A DNA stretch of 53,654 nucleotides from Muribaculaceae bacterium (GTDB taxonomy: Bacteria; Bacteroidota; Bacteroidia; Bacteroidales; Muribaculaceae): assembly GCA_051890435.1 (NCBI GenBank), contig JBJFEF010000310.1, forward strand, positions 1-53,654. The letters are read 5' to 3'. Every line of letters starts with the position of its first letter. The first letter of the stretch is position 1. Both the position numbers and the translations under genes were made by a program. The notes below the pieces were generated by a model. The model saw nothing but the letters and a program-made list of their open reading frames with translations, did no database searches and was not told the DNA's origin. Below, piece after piece: positions 42,159-51,538 of this stretch.

Positions 42159-44879
42159 ATGACATCAATACGCTATTACATAATCAGGGTTTTCTGCTTC
42201 ATCGTAATGATGGGGCTACTTTTCTCGTGTGAGACATCAACCAAAAAATATAAGGTGGGGGTGGTGCTCTATCACACATTCTCGTGGCGCGAGAAGCTTG
42301 CCAACGAAATCAAGTATGCTTCGTTGGCTTATGAAGATGTGGAGTTCACCAGTGTATCGTCGTATAATAGTAGTCAGAGGCAGGTGCACCAAATCGATTC
42401 GCTGATGGAGAAGGGCATTGACTTGCTGGTGATATCACCTATACCCACACCCGAGGTTACGGCATCGATCAACCGCTGCTACGATAGCGGCATTCCTGTG
42501 GTGCTCGTCGATAACAAGAGCATGGATTGCCGTCGCACAGCTTTTATTGGTGCCGACAACGAGGAGATAGGGCGCTCGGTAGGCGAATATATCGGGCGTA
42601 TGTTTGGTGAGGAAGGCGGCCGCATACTTGAGGTTCAGGGGAAGGCGGGCGACCTTTCCACTGTGGAGCGTCACAAGGGATTTGTGGATGCATTGCGCAA
42701 ATATCCGGCATCGGAAATTGTGGCATCGCCCTATGGCGACTGGTTGTGCGACAGTGCAATGGCGGTGACCCGTAAAATCCTCATCCGGGATTCCAACATT
42801 GATGCTGTGTTCTATCATAGCGACGGCATGATTTGGTATGAGTTGCAGGGCATTTATGCCAGTCATGGCAAGCGGCTGAAGGTGATTGGTGTGGATGCTT
42901 TGGCGAAGAGCCCATCGGGTATAGAGCATGTGAAGAACAATAACATTTCGGCAAGTTTCATTTATCCCACACGAGGTGACAAGGTAGTTGACTTGGTGAT
43001 GAAAATCTTGCATCGGCGTCCGTTTGCGCATGAGGAAATTCTTCACACCGGTGTGGTTGACGACCAGAACATTGCCACTATAATGCAGCAGCAAATTGAG
43101 ATTGAGGCACTCGACTCGCAAATACAGTCGATGCGAAATCAAATCGACATCTCGCAGACCGAGAGCATTCTGCGAGGTCGCATAACGCTGCTTGTGACGG
43201 TGATGTTTGTGCTGCTCACCGTGTACTGCTACACGCTGTATCGTGCTTTTACAAAAAACCGCAAGTTGCATCACACTATCGAGCAGCAATATGCCGAGAA
43301 AGAGAAGCAGGCGCGACAGTTGCTTGAGAGCAATCAGCGCTTGCAGCAACTTAATGTGCAGATAGAGGAGGAGGTGCGCACTAAGCTCAACTTCTTCACC
43401 AATGTGAGCCATGAATTCCGCACTCCGCTCACCTTGATAGCCGGTCCCATCGAGAAGTTACTCAAAAATGACAATCTCAACGATGTGCAACGCCGCAACC
43501 TGCTGAATGTAGCCAACAAAAATCTCACGATGCTGATGAATCTTGTGAGCGACATTCTCGATTTCCGCAAGGTGCAAGACGGGCGTATGGAGCTTCGCAA
43601 TGAGAAATTCGACTTGCTGAAGGCTATGAAGGACTGGATTGACAATTTCCGAAGCTATGCCTTGTCGCAGAATGTTAATCTTGTGTTCTCCCACAATTCT
43701 TTGCGTACTTTGTGGGTTGAAGCCGACCGCAAGAAGCTCACAAGCATCATTGTGAACCTGCTGGGTAATGCATTCAAATATACCCCTGAGAATGGCACAA
43801 TTGAGGTGAAACTCTCTGAGCAGACCGACTCTTTCACAATTGTGGTGAGCGACACCGGCAAGGGCATTGCTCCCGACAGCCTGCCACGCATTTTCGAGGG
43901 ATTCTATCAGGCTCCGGGCACGCAAGGTGGCACAGGAATTGGTCTTTCGTTTGTGAAATCGCTCGTAGAGCTGCACAAGGGCACAATAACAGCCGAGAGT
44001 GAGGAAGGTTGCGGCTCGGTCTTCACAATTGTGATGCCAAAGAGCCGGAATCTCCACGCTGCACCCACCGATGATGCCGATGATGAAGTGCTCACCGAGG
44101 AGGCTATGCTTCAGCAAGATGCCAAGGTGCGTGTGCTGATAATCGACGACAACAAGGACATGTGCCAATATGTGCGGATGCTTCTCGAAGACCAATACAA
44201 CTGCGAGGAGGCTTATGATGGCTTGCAAGGATATGAGAAGGCGCAACAGTGGTTGCCCGAAATCATTATCTGCGATGTGATGATGCCTGTGATGGACGGA
44301 ATTCAGTGCTGCCAGAAGCTGAAGACTACCACCGCAACAAGTCACATTCCGGTGATTCTTCTCACCGCTCGCTCGCTCGAAAGCAACTATGTGGAGGGGT
44401 TCGACAATGGCGCCGATGCCTACATCACCAAGCCATTCTCAGCCGAGGTGCTTATTGCCCGCATAGAAAACTTGCTCAATAGCCGCAAATTGCTGCGCAA
44501 CGCTTTCTCCCGTGGCACGCAGAACTATGAAATGGTGGCAACGCCGCGTGAGTCGGAATTTGTGAAGCGATTCCAGAGCTATGTGAATGAAGGCATCGCC
44601 AATCCCGACTTCGGTATCGAGGAATTGAGCGAAAAGATGAATCTGAGCCGCGCTCAGCTCTATGCCAAGATAAAGAACCTCACGGGGCAGGCTCCCGTGG
44701 AGCACCTCATCACGGCGAGGCTCAGCCGAAGCTATGAATTGCTCGCTACCACTGAGATGAGTGTGGCTGAGATTGCCTACAATGTGGGCTTTTCGTCGCC
44801 GGCTTATTTCTCAAAGTGTTTCAAGGGGCAATACAACATGACACCTAAGGAGTTCAGAAATTCGATAAAACAACAATAA
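42159..44879 (+). CDS. Hybrid two-component system regulator with periplasmic sugar-binding-protein (PBP type 1) sensor domain (BT1754-like architecture)
   Basis: The ATG at 42159 (the track starts at GTG 42096) gives MTSIRYYIIRVFCFIVMMGLLFSC. The periplasmic region resembles ribose-binding-protein type PBPs (KVGVVLYHTFSWREKL...GIDLLVISPI...GIPVVLVDN...AFIGADNEEIGRSVGEYI). A TM helix follows (ITLLVTVMFVLLTVYCYTLY). The cytoplasmic part has an H-box (FFTNVSHEFRTPLTLI), an ATPase (SDTGKGI, GTGIGLSFVKSLVELHKG), a receiver (VLIIDDNKDM...ICDVMMPVMDG...LTAR) and an AraC HTH (MNLSRAQLYAKIKNLTGQAPVEHLITARLSRSYELL). Confidence 0.9.
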   Translation: MTSIRYYIIRVFCFIVMMGLLFSCETSTKKYKVGVVLYHTFSWREKLANEIKYASLAYEDVEFTSVSSYNSSQRQVHQIDSLMEKGIDLLVISPIPTPEVTASINRCYDSGIPVVLVDNKSMDCRRTAFIGADNEEIGRSVGEYIGRMFGEEGGRILEVQGKAGDLSTVERHKGFVDALRKYPASEIVASPYGDWLCDSAMAVTRKILIRDSNIDAVFYHSDGMIWYELQGIYASHGKRLKVIGVDALAKSPSGIEHVKNNNISASFIYPTRGDKVVDLVMKILHRRPFAHEEILHTGVVDDQNIATIMQQQIEIEALDSQIQSMRNQIDISQTESILRGRITLLVTVMFVLLTVYCYTLYRAFTKNRKLHHTIEQQYAEKEKQARQLLESNQRLQQLNVQIEEEVRTKLNFFTNVSHEFRTPLTLIAGPIEKLLKNDNLNDVQRRNLLNVANKNLTMLMNLVSDILDFRKVQDGRMELRNEKFDLLKAMKDWIDNFRSYALSQNVNLVFSHNSLRTLWVEADRKKLTSIIVNLLGNAFKYTPENGTIEVKLSEQTDSFTIVVSDTGKGIAPDSLPRIFEGFYQAPGTQGGTGIGLSFVKSLVELHKGTITAESEEGCGSVFTIVMPKSRNLHAAPTDDADDEVLTEEAMLQQDAKVRVLIIDDNKDMCQYVRMLLEDQYNCEEAYDGLQGYEKAQQWLPEIIICDVMMPVMDGIQCCQKLKTTTATSHIPVILLTARSLESNYVEGFDNGADAYITKPFSAEVLIARIENLLNSRKLLRNAFSRGTQNYEMVATPRESEFVKRFQSYVNEGIANPDFGIEELSEKMNLSRAQLYAKIKNLTGQAPVEHLITARLSRSYELLATTEMSVAEIAYNVGFSSPAYFSKCFKGQYNMTPKEFRNSIKQQ

Positions 44880-44907
44880 AAATATCTCATTAACAGACCA
44901 ACAAAAG

Positions 44908-46401
44908 ATGAAAACTACACCACCACTACTACTACTGCTGCTGATGCCTCTGCTTTGGGTTGCTACAGCCTGCTCTGTTACGGCAAGAACTTATCCCGTG
45001 CCCGAGGAATATCCTTTCATTGAAAATGTGCCACGACACTATAGCGTGAACGTAGATGGAAAAGACCTGCCGCTCTACAACGATACAACTTTCTGGGGTG
45101 GCACCATCGATTTCGGCAGCTTTGAGAAGCGTGACGGCGAGAAATCGACAATCACTGTGACCCTCGACGAGGATATTTTCTCGCTCGAATTGCTTCCCAT
45201 GCCTAAGGACTGCAGTGTGAAGCAGACCGACAAGCGCACCATTGAGATTACGAGCAGCAAAGCCCACTGGCAGCAGACGCTTGTGGTGAATGGCAATCCG
45301 CGCGTGGGGCATGTGCTCCACCTCTTCTGCAACCGCTTTGCCGAAGGTGAGCAGCCTCATGGCTACAGCTTCGATGCAGCCACCGGAACTCACTCTTTCG
45401 GTGCAGGATACTATGAGCTGAAGCAATTACTTGGCGACAACACTCTCACCATCACCGGCAACCAGAAAATTTATCTTGCTCCGGGGGCTGTGGTTAACGG
45501 CACGCTCTTGATTTCGCAGGGCGACGGTGCTAAGATTTATGGCAACGGTATGGTGTGCAATAATTATGGCTCGATGGTGCGTGTGGAGGGTTCGAAGAAC
45601 TCGCAAGTGGAAGACGTCACCGTGCACGGGCATCGCCTGCACGCCTGGCAGGTGATTGTGGCTAATTGCACTGATGTGCTTCTGCGAGGAATGAAGATTT
45701 TCAATCCGCATTATGCCAGCGTTGATGGCGTAGATGTGGTAAACTCGTCGCGCATCACCGTGGATAGCTGCTTCATCCGTGCCAACGACGATGCAATCGC
45801 CATAAAGGGCTTGGGTAGCTGCAAGCCCGCCGACGGACCTGCAATGACCAACCTCACTTTCACTCACCTGCAGCTGTGGAACGACTGCAACAACGCTTTC
45901 GGAATTGGTGCCGAAACGCATTGCCGCGAATATGGCAACATTCGCTTTGCCGACAGCGACATCCTTTTCTCATACGACGACCCCAATTACCACAACACCC
46001 TCAATGAGCGCTCGGCTATGAATATTTGCTCGCTTCACGGAACATTTTTCCACGATATCACTTTTGAGAACATCACCGTTTATCACTGCCAGCGTCTCAT
46101 CGGTCTTGGATTCCGACCCGACTTTTGGTTTGGTGCTTTGCCGGGCGACCAGACCGGTGAGGGCGAAATACGCAATGTCACTTTCAAAAACATCACTTCG
46201 CTCGAAAACGGCACCGACTTGCTCTCAAACAAAATTCTCATCTACGACTGGCACCACGAGGGCACACCGCAAAAATTGGTGCGAAATGTGAAATTCGACA
46301 ATGTGACAATCGGGGGCAAGCGGCTGCAAAGTGCCGATTCGCCACACTTCGACCTTGAGCCGGCGCCGGGACACGACCTGAAATCGGAGTTTAGCTTCTG
46401 A
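44908..46401 (+). CDS. Right-handed beta-helix glycoside hydrolase-like protein, clan GH-N (GH28/GH49)-like, family unassigned
   Basis: The signal peptide carries a possible lipobox (LLWVATAC|S). An N-terminal ~170 aa beta-sandwich-like region is followed by the Asp signature ASVDGVDVVNSSRITVDSCFIRANDDAIAIKG. There is no T9SS CTD. Confidence 0.6.
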   Translation: MKTTPPLLLLLLMPLLWVATACSVTARTYPVPEEYPFIENVPRHYSVNVDGKDLPLYNDTTFWGGTIDFGSFEKRDGEKSTITVTLDEDIFSLELLPMPKDCSVKQTDKRTIEITSSKAHWQQTLVVNGNPRVGHVLHLFCNRFAEGEQPHGYSFDAATGTHSFGAGYYELKQLLGDNTLTITGNQKIYLAPGAVVNGTLLISQGDGAKIYGNGMVCNNYGSMVRVEGSKNSQVEDVTVHGHRLHAWQVIVANCTDVLLRGMKIFNPHYASVDGVDVVNSSRITVDSCFIRANDDAIAIKGLGSCKPADGPAMTNLTFTHLQLWNDCNNAFGIGAETHCREYGNIRFADSDILFSYDDPNYHNTLNERSAMNICSLHGTFFHDITFENITVYHCQRLIGLGFRPDFWFGALPGDQTGEGEIRNVTFKNITSLENGTDLLSNKILIYDWHHEGTPQKLVRNVKFDNVTIGGKRLQSADSPHFDLEPAPGHDLKSEFSF

Positions 46402-46588
46402 GGCACCCTGAAGTGCTCCCGGAAGCGCAAAATAGTATAAATAATTGCATTTATTAATAGTAATAATGCAAAAGTTATAGTTTTCAATTGATAATTTATA
46501 GAGCTTTTGTGGTTTTCTCACTTAATTTGCGTATGCTTTAGGCATAAAAATTAACTAAACCTACAAATAATTTAATTACATTTTTATC

Positions 46589-48049
46589 ATGAAGAAGAAT
46601 TTACTAAACAGCATGCTTCTTGTTGCCCTTTTATCGGGAAGCATGACCGCTATGGCGGAGACAGTAGAGATTGCAACAGCCGATGAGCTTAATGCTTTTG
46701 CCACTCGTGTGAATGCCGGAGAAACCACTCTCGATGCAAAACTCACAGCCGACATCGATGCTACAGCCGAATTCACCTGCATTGGCGAGGGTGAAGGCAA
46801 GGCATATGCCGGCACTTTCGATGGCGACAACCACTCAATCACTGTGAATATCTCGGGATGGGACAATCGAGGCGTGTTCAGCCATATTAATGGTGCAACA
46901 ATTAAGAACCTCGTGGTGGAAGGTGCCGTGACTGGAGCCTACGTGAATGCCTGCCTTGTGGCTAATGTAGAAAATGGCACCAACCTTATTGAGAATGTAA
47001 CCAATAATGCTACGTTCACTATTGGCGACGACACTTCCTACGACAAATGTGCAGGATTCATAGCCGTTGTGAGTGCCGGAAACGTAACAATCAAGAACTC
47101 GGAGAACAACGGCACTATCACCGGAAACAATTACACTGCCGGCTTCATAGGCTTGGCACAGGGCGAAAGCGCTGTTGTGATTGAGAATTGCGTGAACAAT
47201 GGTGAAATTATAGCTACTGCCGGCTTGAAGTGTGGTGGAATCATGGGTGAGCAATGGACCGGACAAACCACTATCAAGGGATGCGTGAACACTGCCAACA
47301 TTACTGCAGTGAAAAACACCGGAGGTATTATCGGTGGCTCTAACACTACACTCACCGTAAGCGAGTGCCTCAATACCGGCAATGTGACTTGCAGTGGCGA
47401 CGATGCAGGCGGTATGCTCGGCGGAAAATATGGCGAGGCTACAATGACATTTGAGCGCTGCATCAACGAAGGCAACATCAAAGCAAACGGCGAAGCCGGC
47501 GGCTTGATTGGTGCCGACTGGAACGTGGCGGGAACTGTCAACCTTATGGACTGCGGAAACTCCGGTATAGCAACATCGGGTTGGGCGGCAGCAGGATTGA
47601 TTGCTTATCAGGCAGCTGCCACCTTTTATACCGTAATTAACTGCGCAAACTTTGTGGAAGCTAACACATTCTTTGCAGTAAACATCGATCGCACTACAGC
47701 AGTTAATGTGCTTAATCCTTGCTGGGGTCACTTCGGAATCACTTACGACCTTGCCGAGGTTACAACAGGTGCTCTCTGCGTGAAGCTTAATAATGGACGT
47801 GAGACAGCTGTGTGGGGTCAGACTCTTGGCACCGACGCTCACCCCTGGCCTTTCAATCTCGAAGAGCACAAGCCCGTGTATGTGGGTGAAGACGGTAGTT
47901 ATAGCAACGACCCGACAACCGGCGTAATTGACGCAATTGCTCCTGAAGCTGCCGGTGATGGTATCATGTATAACGTGGCAGGACAGCGCGTGGGCAAGGA
48001 TGCCAAGGGTATTGTCATCATCAATGGCAAGAAGTATTTGAAGCGCTGA
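46589..48049 (+). CDS. GLUG-repeat beta-helix surface protein with short T9SS C-terminal sorting domain
   Basis: There is a signal peptide. The N-terminal module is IATADELNAFATRVNAG...LTADIDAT...GTFDGDNHSI. About 8-9 coils follow with (I/V/F)xxCxNxGxI...GG(I/L/M)xG periodicity (TAGFIGLAQG, CGGIMGEQ, TGGIIGGS, AGGMLGGK, AGGLIGAD). The C-terminus is ...IMYNVAGQRVGKDAKGIVIINGKKYLKR. Confidence 0.7.
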   Translation: MKKNLLNSMLLVALLSGSMTAMAETVEIATADELNAFATRVNAGETTLDAKLTADIDATAEFTCIGEGEGKAYAGTFDGDNHSITVNISGWDNRGVFSHINGATIKNLVVEGAVTGAYVNACLVANVENGTNLIENVTNNATFTIGDDTSYDKCAGFIAVVSAGNVTIKNSENNGTITGNNYTAGFIGLAQGESAVVIENCVNNGEIIATAGLKCGGIMGEQWTGQTTIKGCVNTANITAVKNTGGIIGGSNTTLTVSECLNTGNVTCSGDDAGGMLGGKYGEATMTFERCINEGNIKANGEAGGLIGADWNVAGTVNLMDCGNSGIATSGWAAAGLIAYQAAATFYTVINCANFVEANTFFAVNIDRTTAVNVLNPCWGHFGITYDLAEVTTGALCVKLNNGRETAVWGQTLGTDAHPWPFNLEEHKPVYVGEDGSYSNDPTTGVIDAIAPEAAGDGIMYNVAGQRVGKDAKGIVIINGKKYLKR

Positions 48050-48120
48050 AAAAGCGCGCTACGTCGGGACATAAACCGACCTTTAAAATTATTTTGAACG
48101 ACAACAATTTTTTCTACTCG

Positions 48121-49860
48121 ATGAGAACGATTACATCAATTATAATTGCACTTTCAGCATTTGCCGTCGCACCGACGGCAAATGCTATTGACTATGAAGC
48201 CTGGTCGATTGAAAAGACCAAAGGTAGCAACTACACTGCTGCCGATGGCACATTTAAGACCTATGAGCGCCCTGACGGAGTAACCGAAACCGACACCCCG
48301 CGATTCAACGTGCTCGTCAATCAAGAGGCTTACACCGGACTATATTGCGCCTTGAATGAATGGGGTGGAAGTGGCAACTTTGGTGTAATCGACTTCCGCA
48401 ACGATATGCCTGTTGAGGTGTTTGTGTCGGCACGCAAGGCTGTGGGCGAATATCACATCCTTCCGCACGATGCCAACGTATATGATGTGGAAACCCTGGG
48501 TGAAAAGATGCTCCGATTCAAAATAAGCAAGCCCGAGCAGCAAATCACAATTGTGCTCGGAGGTGACTATCAGAAGGGCGACGCTTTGCATTTGTTTTTC
48601 AACAACGTAGATGACCCTGAGCCGGCTGTCGATCCCGACAAGAAGGCGGCAGGTGGCTACTTCTACGACCGAAAAACCAAGACTTATTATTTCGGTCCCG
48701 GTTACTACGACCTCTCCAAAACGCATGGAGGGGAAGTGTCGGCAACAGTGGGAAGAACTGTGTATATTGCCGGTGGAGCAGTGCTCAACGGTATGATTAC
48801 GCTTGCTGGCGAAGGGGCTTCAATTAAGGGCCATGGAATTGTGGTGCAAAGCAAAAATGACGTTGGATCGCAATTGAATGTGTATAATTGCTCCGGCGGT
48901 GAAGTTGATGGTCCGGTATTCTACCGCTACAAAACGGCGGGCTGGCAAACCACTTACACATATAGCAGCAATGTGACTTTCCGCAACATGAAGGTAATCT
49001 GCGTGTATGGCAGTTGCACCGATGGTATGGACTTCCAGGGCTGTCACGACCTTAGTTTCGACAATTGCTTTGTGCGAGCTGCCGACGATGCTATCGCTGT
49101 GAAAGGTCTTTGCTCGGGCGATCCCAAAGATGCACCACCCGAAAAAAATCTGAGCTTCAACAAAGTTCAGATTTGGAGCTCGGGAAATGGAGGTTTCAAC
49201 CTGGGCGCCGAAACCACCTGCTACTACGAGAACATCAAGTTTACCAATTGCGAGGTGCTCTACTCCTTCGACGGCAAAGGTCTTAATGGCTCTATGGACG
49301 ACCGTTCGGCGCTTAACATCTGCGCGCTTCACGGCACCTATTTCAAGGACATCCTCTATGAGAACATCTATGTGAATCGCTGTGAGCGACTGATTGGCGT
49401 GTCGTTCAAGGACAGTTTCTGGTATGGCACAATTCAAGGCGACCAGACGTGGCCCGGCGACATTAGCGGAATCACTTATCGCAACATCACCTGCCCTTAT
49501 AACACACAGGGCAATATCTCCAACGATATTCTCTTCCAGGGCTGGCACCAGGAGGGAACAAGTGAGAAGTACCCCAATGGAACGCCCGACAAATTCATCC
49601 ACAATGTCACCTTCGACAATGTGATTGTGGAGGGAGAGCCGGTGCTTGGCTGGGACAACAAGCATCTCATCACCAACAACACCGAAGACCTGCAACTCGT
49701 GTATGATTTCACATTCAATTACACCGATGGCGTAGATGAAACAATAATCAACCATGAGCCCGTTGATGATGGCATCTACTACACTATCGATGGCAGAATG
49801 GTGAAGAATCCCACACGAGGCATCTACATCAAGAACGGTAAGAAAATAGCAATTTATTGA
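48121..49860 (+). CDS. Paralogous beta-helix GH28/GH49-like hydrolase-like protein with short T9SS C-terminal sorting domain
   Basis: The ATG at 48121 (the track starts at TTG 48094) gives the signal peptide MRTITSIIIALSAFAVAPTANA. The Asp signature is SCTDGMDFQGCHDLSFDNCFVRAADDAIAVKG. It shares the block RSALNICALHGTYFKDILYENIYVNRCERLIGVSF with 44908-46401. The C-terminus is ...GIYYTIDGRMVKNPTRGIYIKNGKKIAIY. Confidence 0.6.
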   Translation: MRTITSIIIALSAFAVAPTANAIDYEAWSIEKTKGSNYTAADGTFKTYERPDGVTETDTPRFNVLVNQEAYTGLYCALNEWGGSGNFGVIDFRNDMPVEVFVSARKAVGEYHILPHDANVYDVETLGEKMLRFKISKPEQQITIVLGGDYQKGDALHLFFNNVDDPEPAVDPDKKAAGGYFYDRKTKTYYFGPGYYDLSKTHGGEVSATVGRTVYIAGGAVLNGMITLAGEGASIKGHGIVVQSKNDVGSQLNVYNCSGGEVDGPVFYRYKTAGWQTTYTYSSNVTFRNMKVICVYGSCTDGMDFQGCHDLSFDNCFVRAADDAIAVKGLCSGDPKDAPPEKNLSFNKVQIWSSGNGGFNLGAETTCYYENIKFTNCEVLYSFDGKGLNGSMDDRSALNICALHGTYFKDILYENIYVNRCERLIGVSFKDSFWYGTIQGDQTWPGDISGITYRNITCPYNTQGNISNDILFQGWHQEGTSEKYPNGTPDKFIHNVTFDNVIVEGEPVLGWDNKHLITNNTEDLQLVYDFTFNYTDGVDETIINHEPVDDGIYYTIDGRMVKNPTRGIYIKNGKKIAIY

Positions 49861-49897
49861 CGATTCAAACTAATAACAACTTAATAACTTAAAGATT

Positions 49898-51520
49898 ATG
49901 AAAAAATTACTCCTCTTTATTTCTCTATTTGGAGCGTCGTTAACTATGACGGCACAAAATTTTGCAGGTGGCACGGGAACAGCTGCCGATCCTTATCAAG
50001 TTGCAACTGCAGAGCAATTGAATGAAGTGAGCAATTTCCCTACGGCTTGTTTCATACAGACTGCTGATATCGACCTCAGCGACATTGCCTTCGAAGGCAT
50101 TGCTCCATTCACAGGCGTTTATGACGGAAACGGTTATTCAATCGATTACTATAGCGATTACACCGGCTCAAACGGTGTGGGACTTTTCAAGCGCTTGCAC
50201 ACTCCCGGTGTTATCAAGAATGTAACTATGAAATATGCCGATGTGGTTGGTGGAAACTGGTCGGGTATTCTTTGCTCTACAAATGGTAACTGGGAAAAAC
50301 TTGGTGGCGACATCATCAACTGCACTATTTATGATTCGTTCATTGAGGGAGCTGATGCCACTGCTGCTTTTGCCGGCGTAACCGCAGGAAATTTTGTGGG
50401 CTGCCGTGCCTTCAACGTGACCGTGGAAGGCGGTGCCAACACAGGCGGTATTTCAGGTCAGAATGAGGGCGGAGGCCGCTACAAGGACTGCACCTTCTAT
50501 GGTAATGTGAATGGCTCAGGTATAGTAGGTGGAATCTGTGCATTCTATATAGGAGTGTCGAAGTGGGACTATGCTTTTGAGAACTGCGTGGTGTATGGAA
50601 ACATTTCGTCATCTACTGGCACTGTTGCAGGTGTACTTGGTCAGCCTAACTGGGACTGTGAATCGGCTCATATCATCAATAGTGCAGTCTTTGCCGATAT
50701 TTCAGGTCAATGTGTTGGCTCTTTTGGCGGAAACTCATTGCGTGGCAAATTGCAAAACTGCTATGCTACAGGATCGTTAAGAGCTACCGGTGAATGGACC
50801 TACGGACCATGGAACGGCGGATTGTGTGCATCAAACTTCAATGGACCGGTTGAGGATTGCTATTTCTCGGGAACCATCACAGCTACAGCCGAGGGCTTGA
50901 GAGTGGGCGCCATCTGTGGTCGTAACTGGCCTGGAATCACCGTGGCTCGCACTTATTATAACTCTGATGGTGCATCAATGGGTATGGGCGACTATGACGA
51001 CCCGGCTACCTACGACACACGTCCATTGCTTCCCGAAGAAATGCTTAATCTCGATAACTTCGATTTCTCCGACAAGAGCAAATGGCAGATTGCTGAGGGT
51101 ACTACTCCTTTCCTCGCCAACCAGACTGCTCCTCTCACTATCACCGAGTGCACCGAAGACCTCGTTGCCGGAACCGGTGAGACTGACCTTGAATTTGTGT
51201 ATATCTATGGATCTCTTGCCGAAAGCGTGATTGTCCCAGTTACGATCGATGCAGGTAACTGGAGTGCTGAGATTCCTGAAGACGTCTTGACCGAAACCGA
51301 GACTGTTACCGTGATTGGTATCGCAAAAGACAAAATGCCATCGATGGTGACAAAGGCAAAGGTGTTGCCGGGTTCGCTTGTTGAGGGTATCATCAACAAT
51401 GGCGAGAAGACCGTGAAGGCTATCTACAATGTAGCCGGACAGCGTATCGCCAAGATTCAGCAAGGACAAATCAACATCGTGAAATATAGCGATGGCTCAG
51501 TTGAAAAAGTGATTAAATAA
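49898..51520 (+). CDS. Second GLUG-repeat-like beta-helix protein with T9SS C-terminal sorting domain
   Basis: There is a signal peptide. The N-terminal module is GTAADPYQVATAEQLNEV...IQTADIDLSD...GVYDGNGYSI. The coils carry xxxCxxxGxV...GGIxG periodicity (TGGISGQNEGG, VGGICAF, AGVLGQPN, VGAICGRN). The C-terminus is ...KAIYNVAGQRIAKIQQGQINIVKYSDGSVEKVIK. Confidence 0.65.
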   Translation: MKKLLLFISLFGASLTMTAQNFAGGTGTAADPYQVATAEQLNEVSNFPTACFIQTADIDLSDIAFEGIAPFTGVYDGNGYSIDYYSDYTGSNGVGLFKRLHTPGVIKNVTMKYADVVGGNWSGILCSTNGNWEKLGGDIINCTIYDSFIEGADATAAFAGVTAGNFVGCRAFNVTVEGGANTGGISGQNEGGGRYKDCTFYGNVNGSGIVGGICAFYIGVSKWDYAFENCVVYGNISSSTGTVAGVLGQPNWDCESAHIINSAVFADISGQCVGSFGGNSLRGKLQNCYATGSLRATGEWTYGPWNGGLCASNFNGPVEDCYFSGTITATAEGLRVGAICGRNWPGITVARTYYNSDGASMGMGDYDDPATYDTRPLLPEEMLNLDNFDFSDKSKWQIAEGTTPFLANQTAPLTITECTEDLVAGTGETDLEFVYIYGSLAESVIVPVTIDAGNWSAEIPEDVLTETETVTVIGIAKDKMPSMVTKAKVLPGSLVEGIINNGEKTVKAIYNVAGQRIAKIQQGQINIVKYSDGSVEKVIK

Positions 51521-51538
51521 TTCAACTATTTAACTTTC

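Noticed and set aside
46402-46588. An AT-rich 187-bp spacer before the first GLUG gene, with a short palindrome TTGCATT-N13-AATGCAA (about 46446-46472), considered as an invertible promoter or regulatory switch.
   Set aside because: The arms are only 7 bp, no flanking longer inverted repeats exist and no nearby recombinase is present. It is treated as ordinary promoter-region DNA. A qualitative impression of lower GC in 42-53.6 kb than in the rha block was not quantified, so it is not claimed.
46835-49755. Long minus-strand ORFs 46835-47869 (344 aa) and 48820-49755 (311 aa) opposite the GLUG and beta-helix genes. Also 42435-43412 and 43458-44345 opposite the HTCS, and 34200-35168 opposite rhaB.
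   Set aside because: These are antisense shadows inside genes with strong plus-strand evidence, and they have no independent start context or domains.
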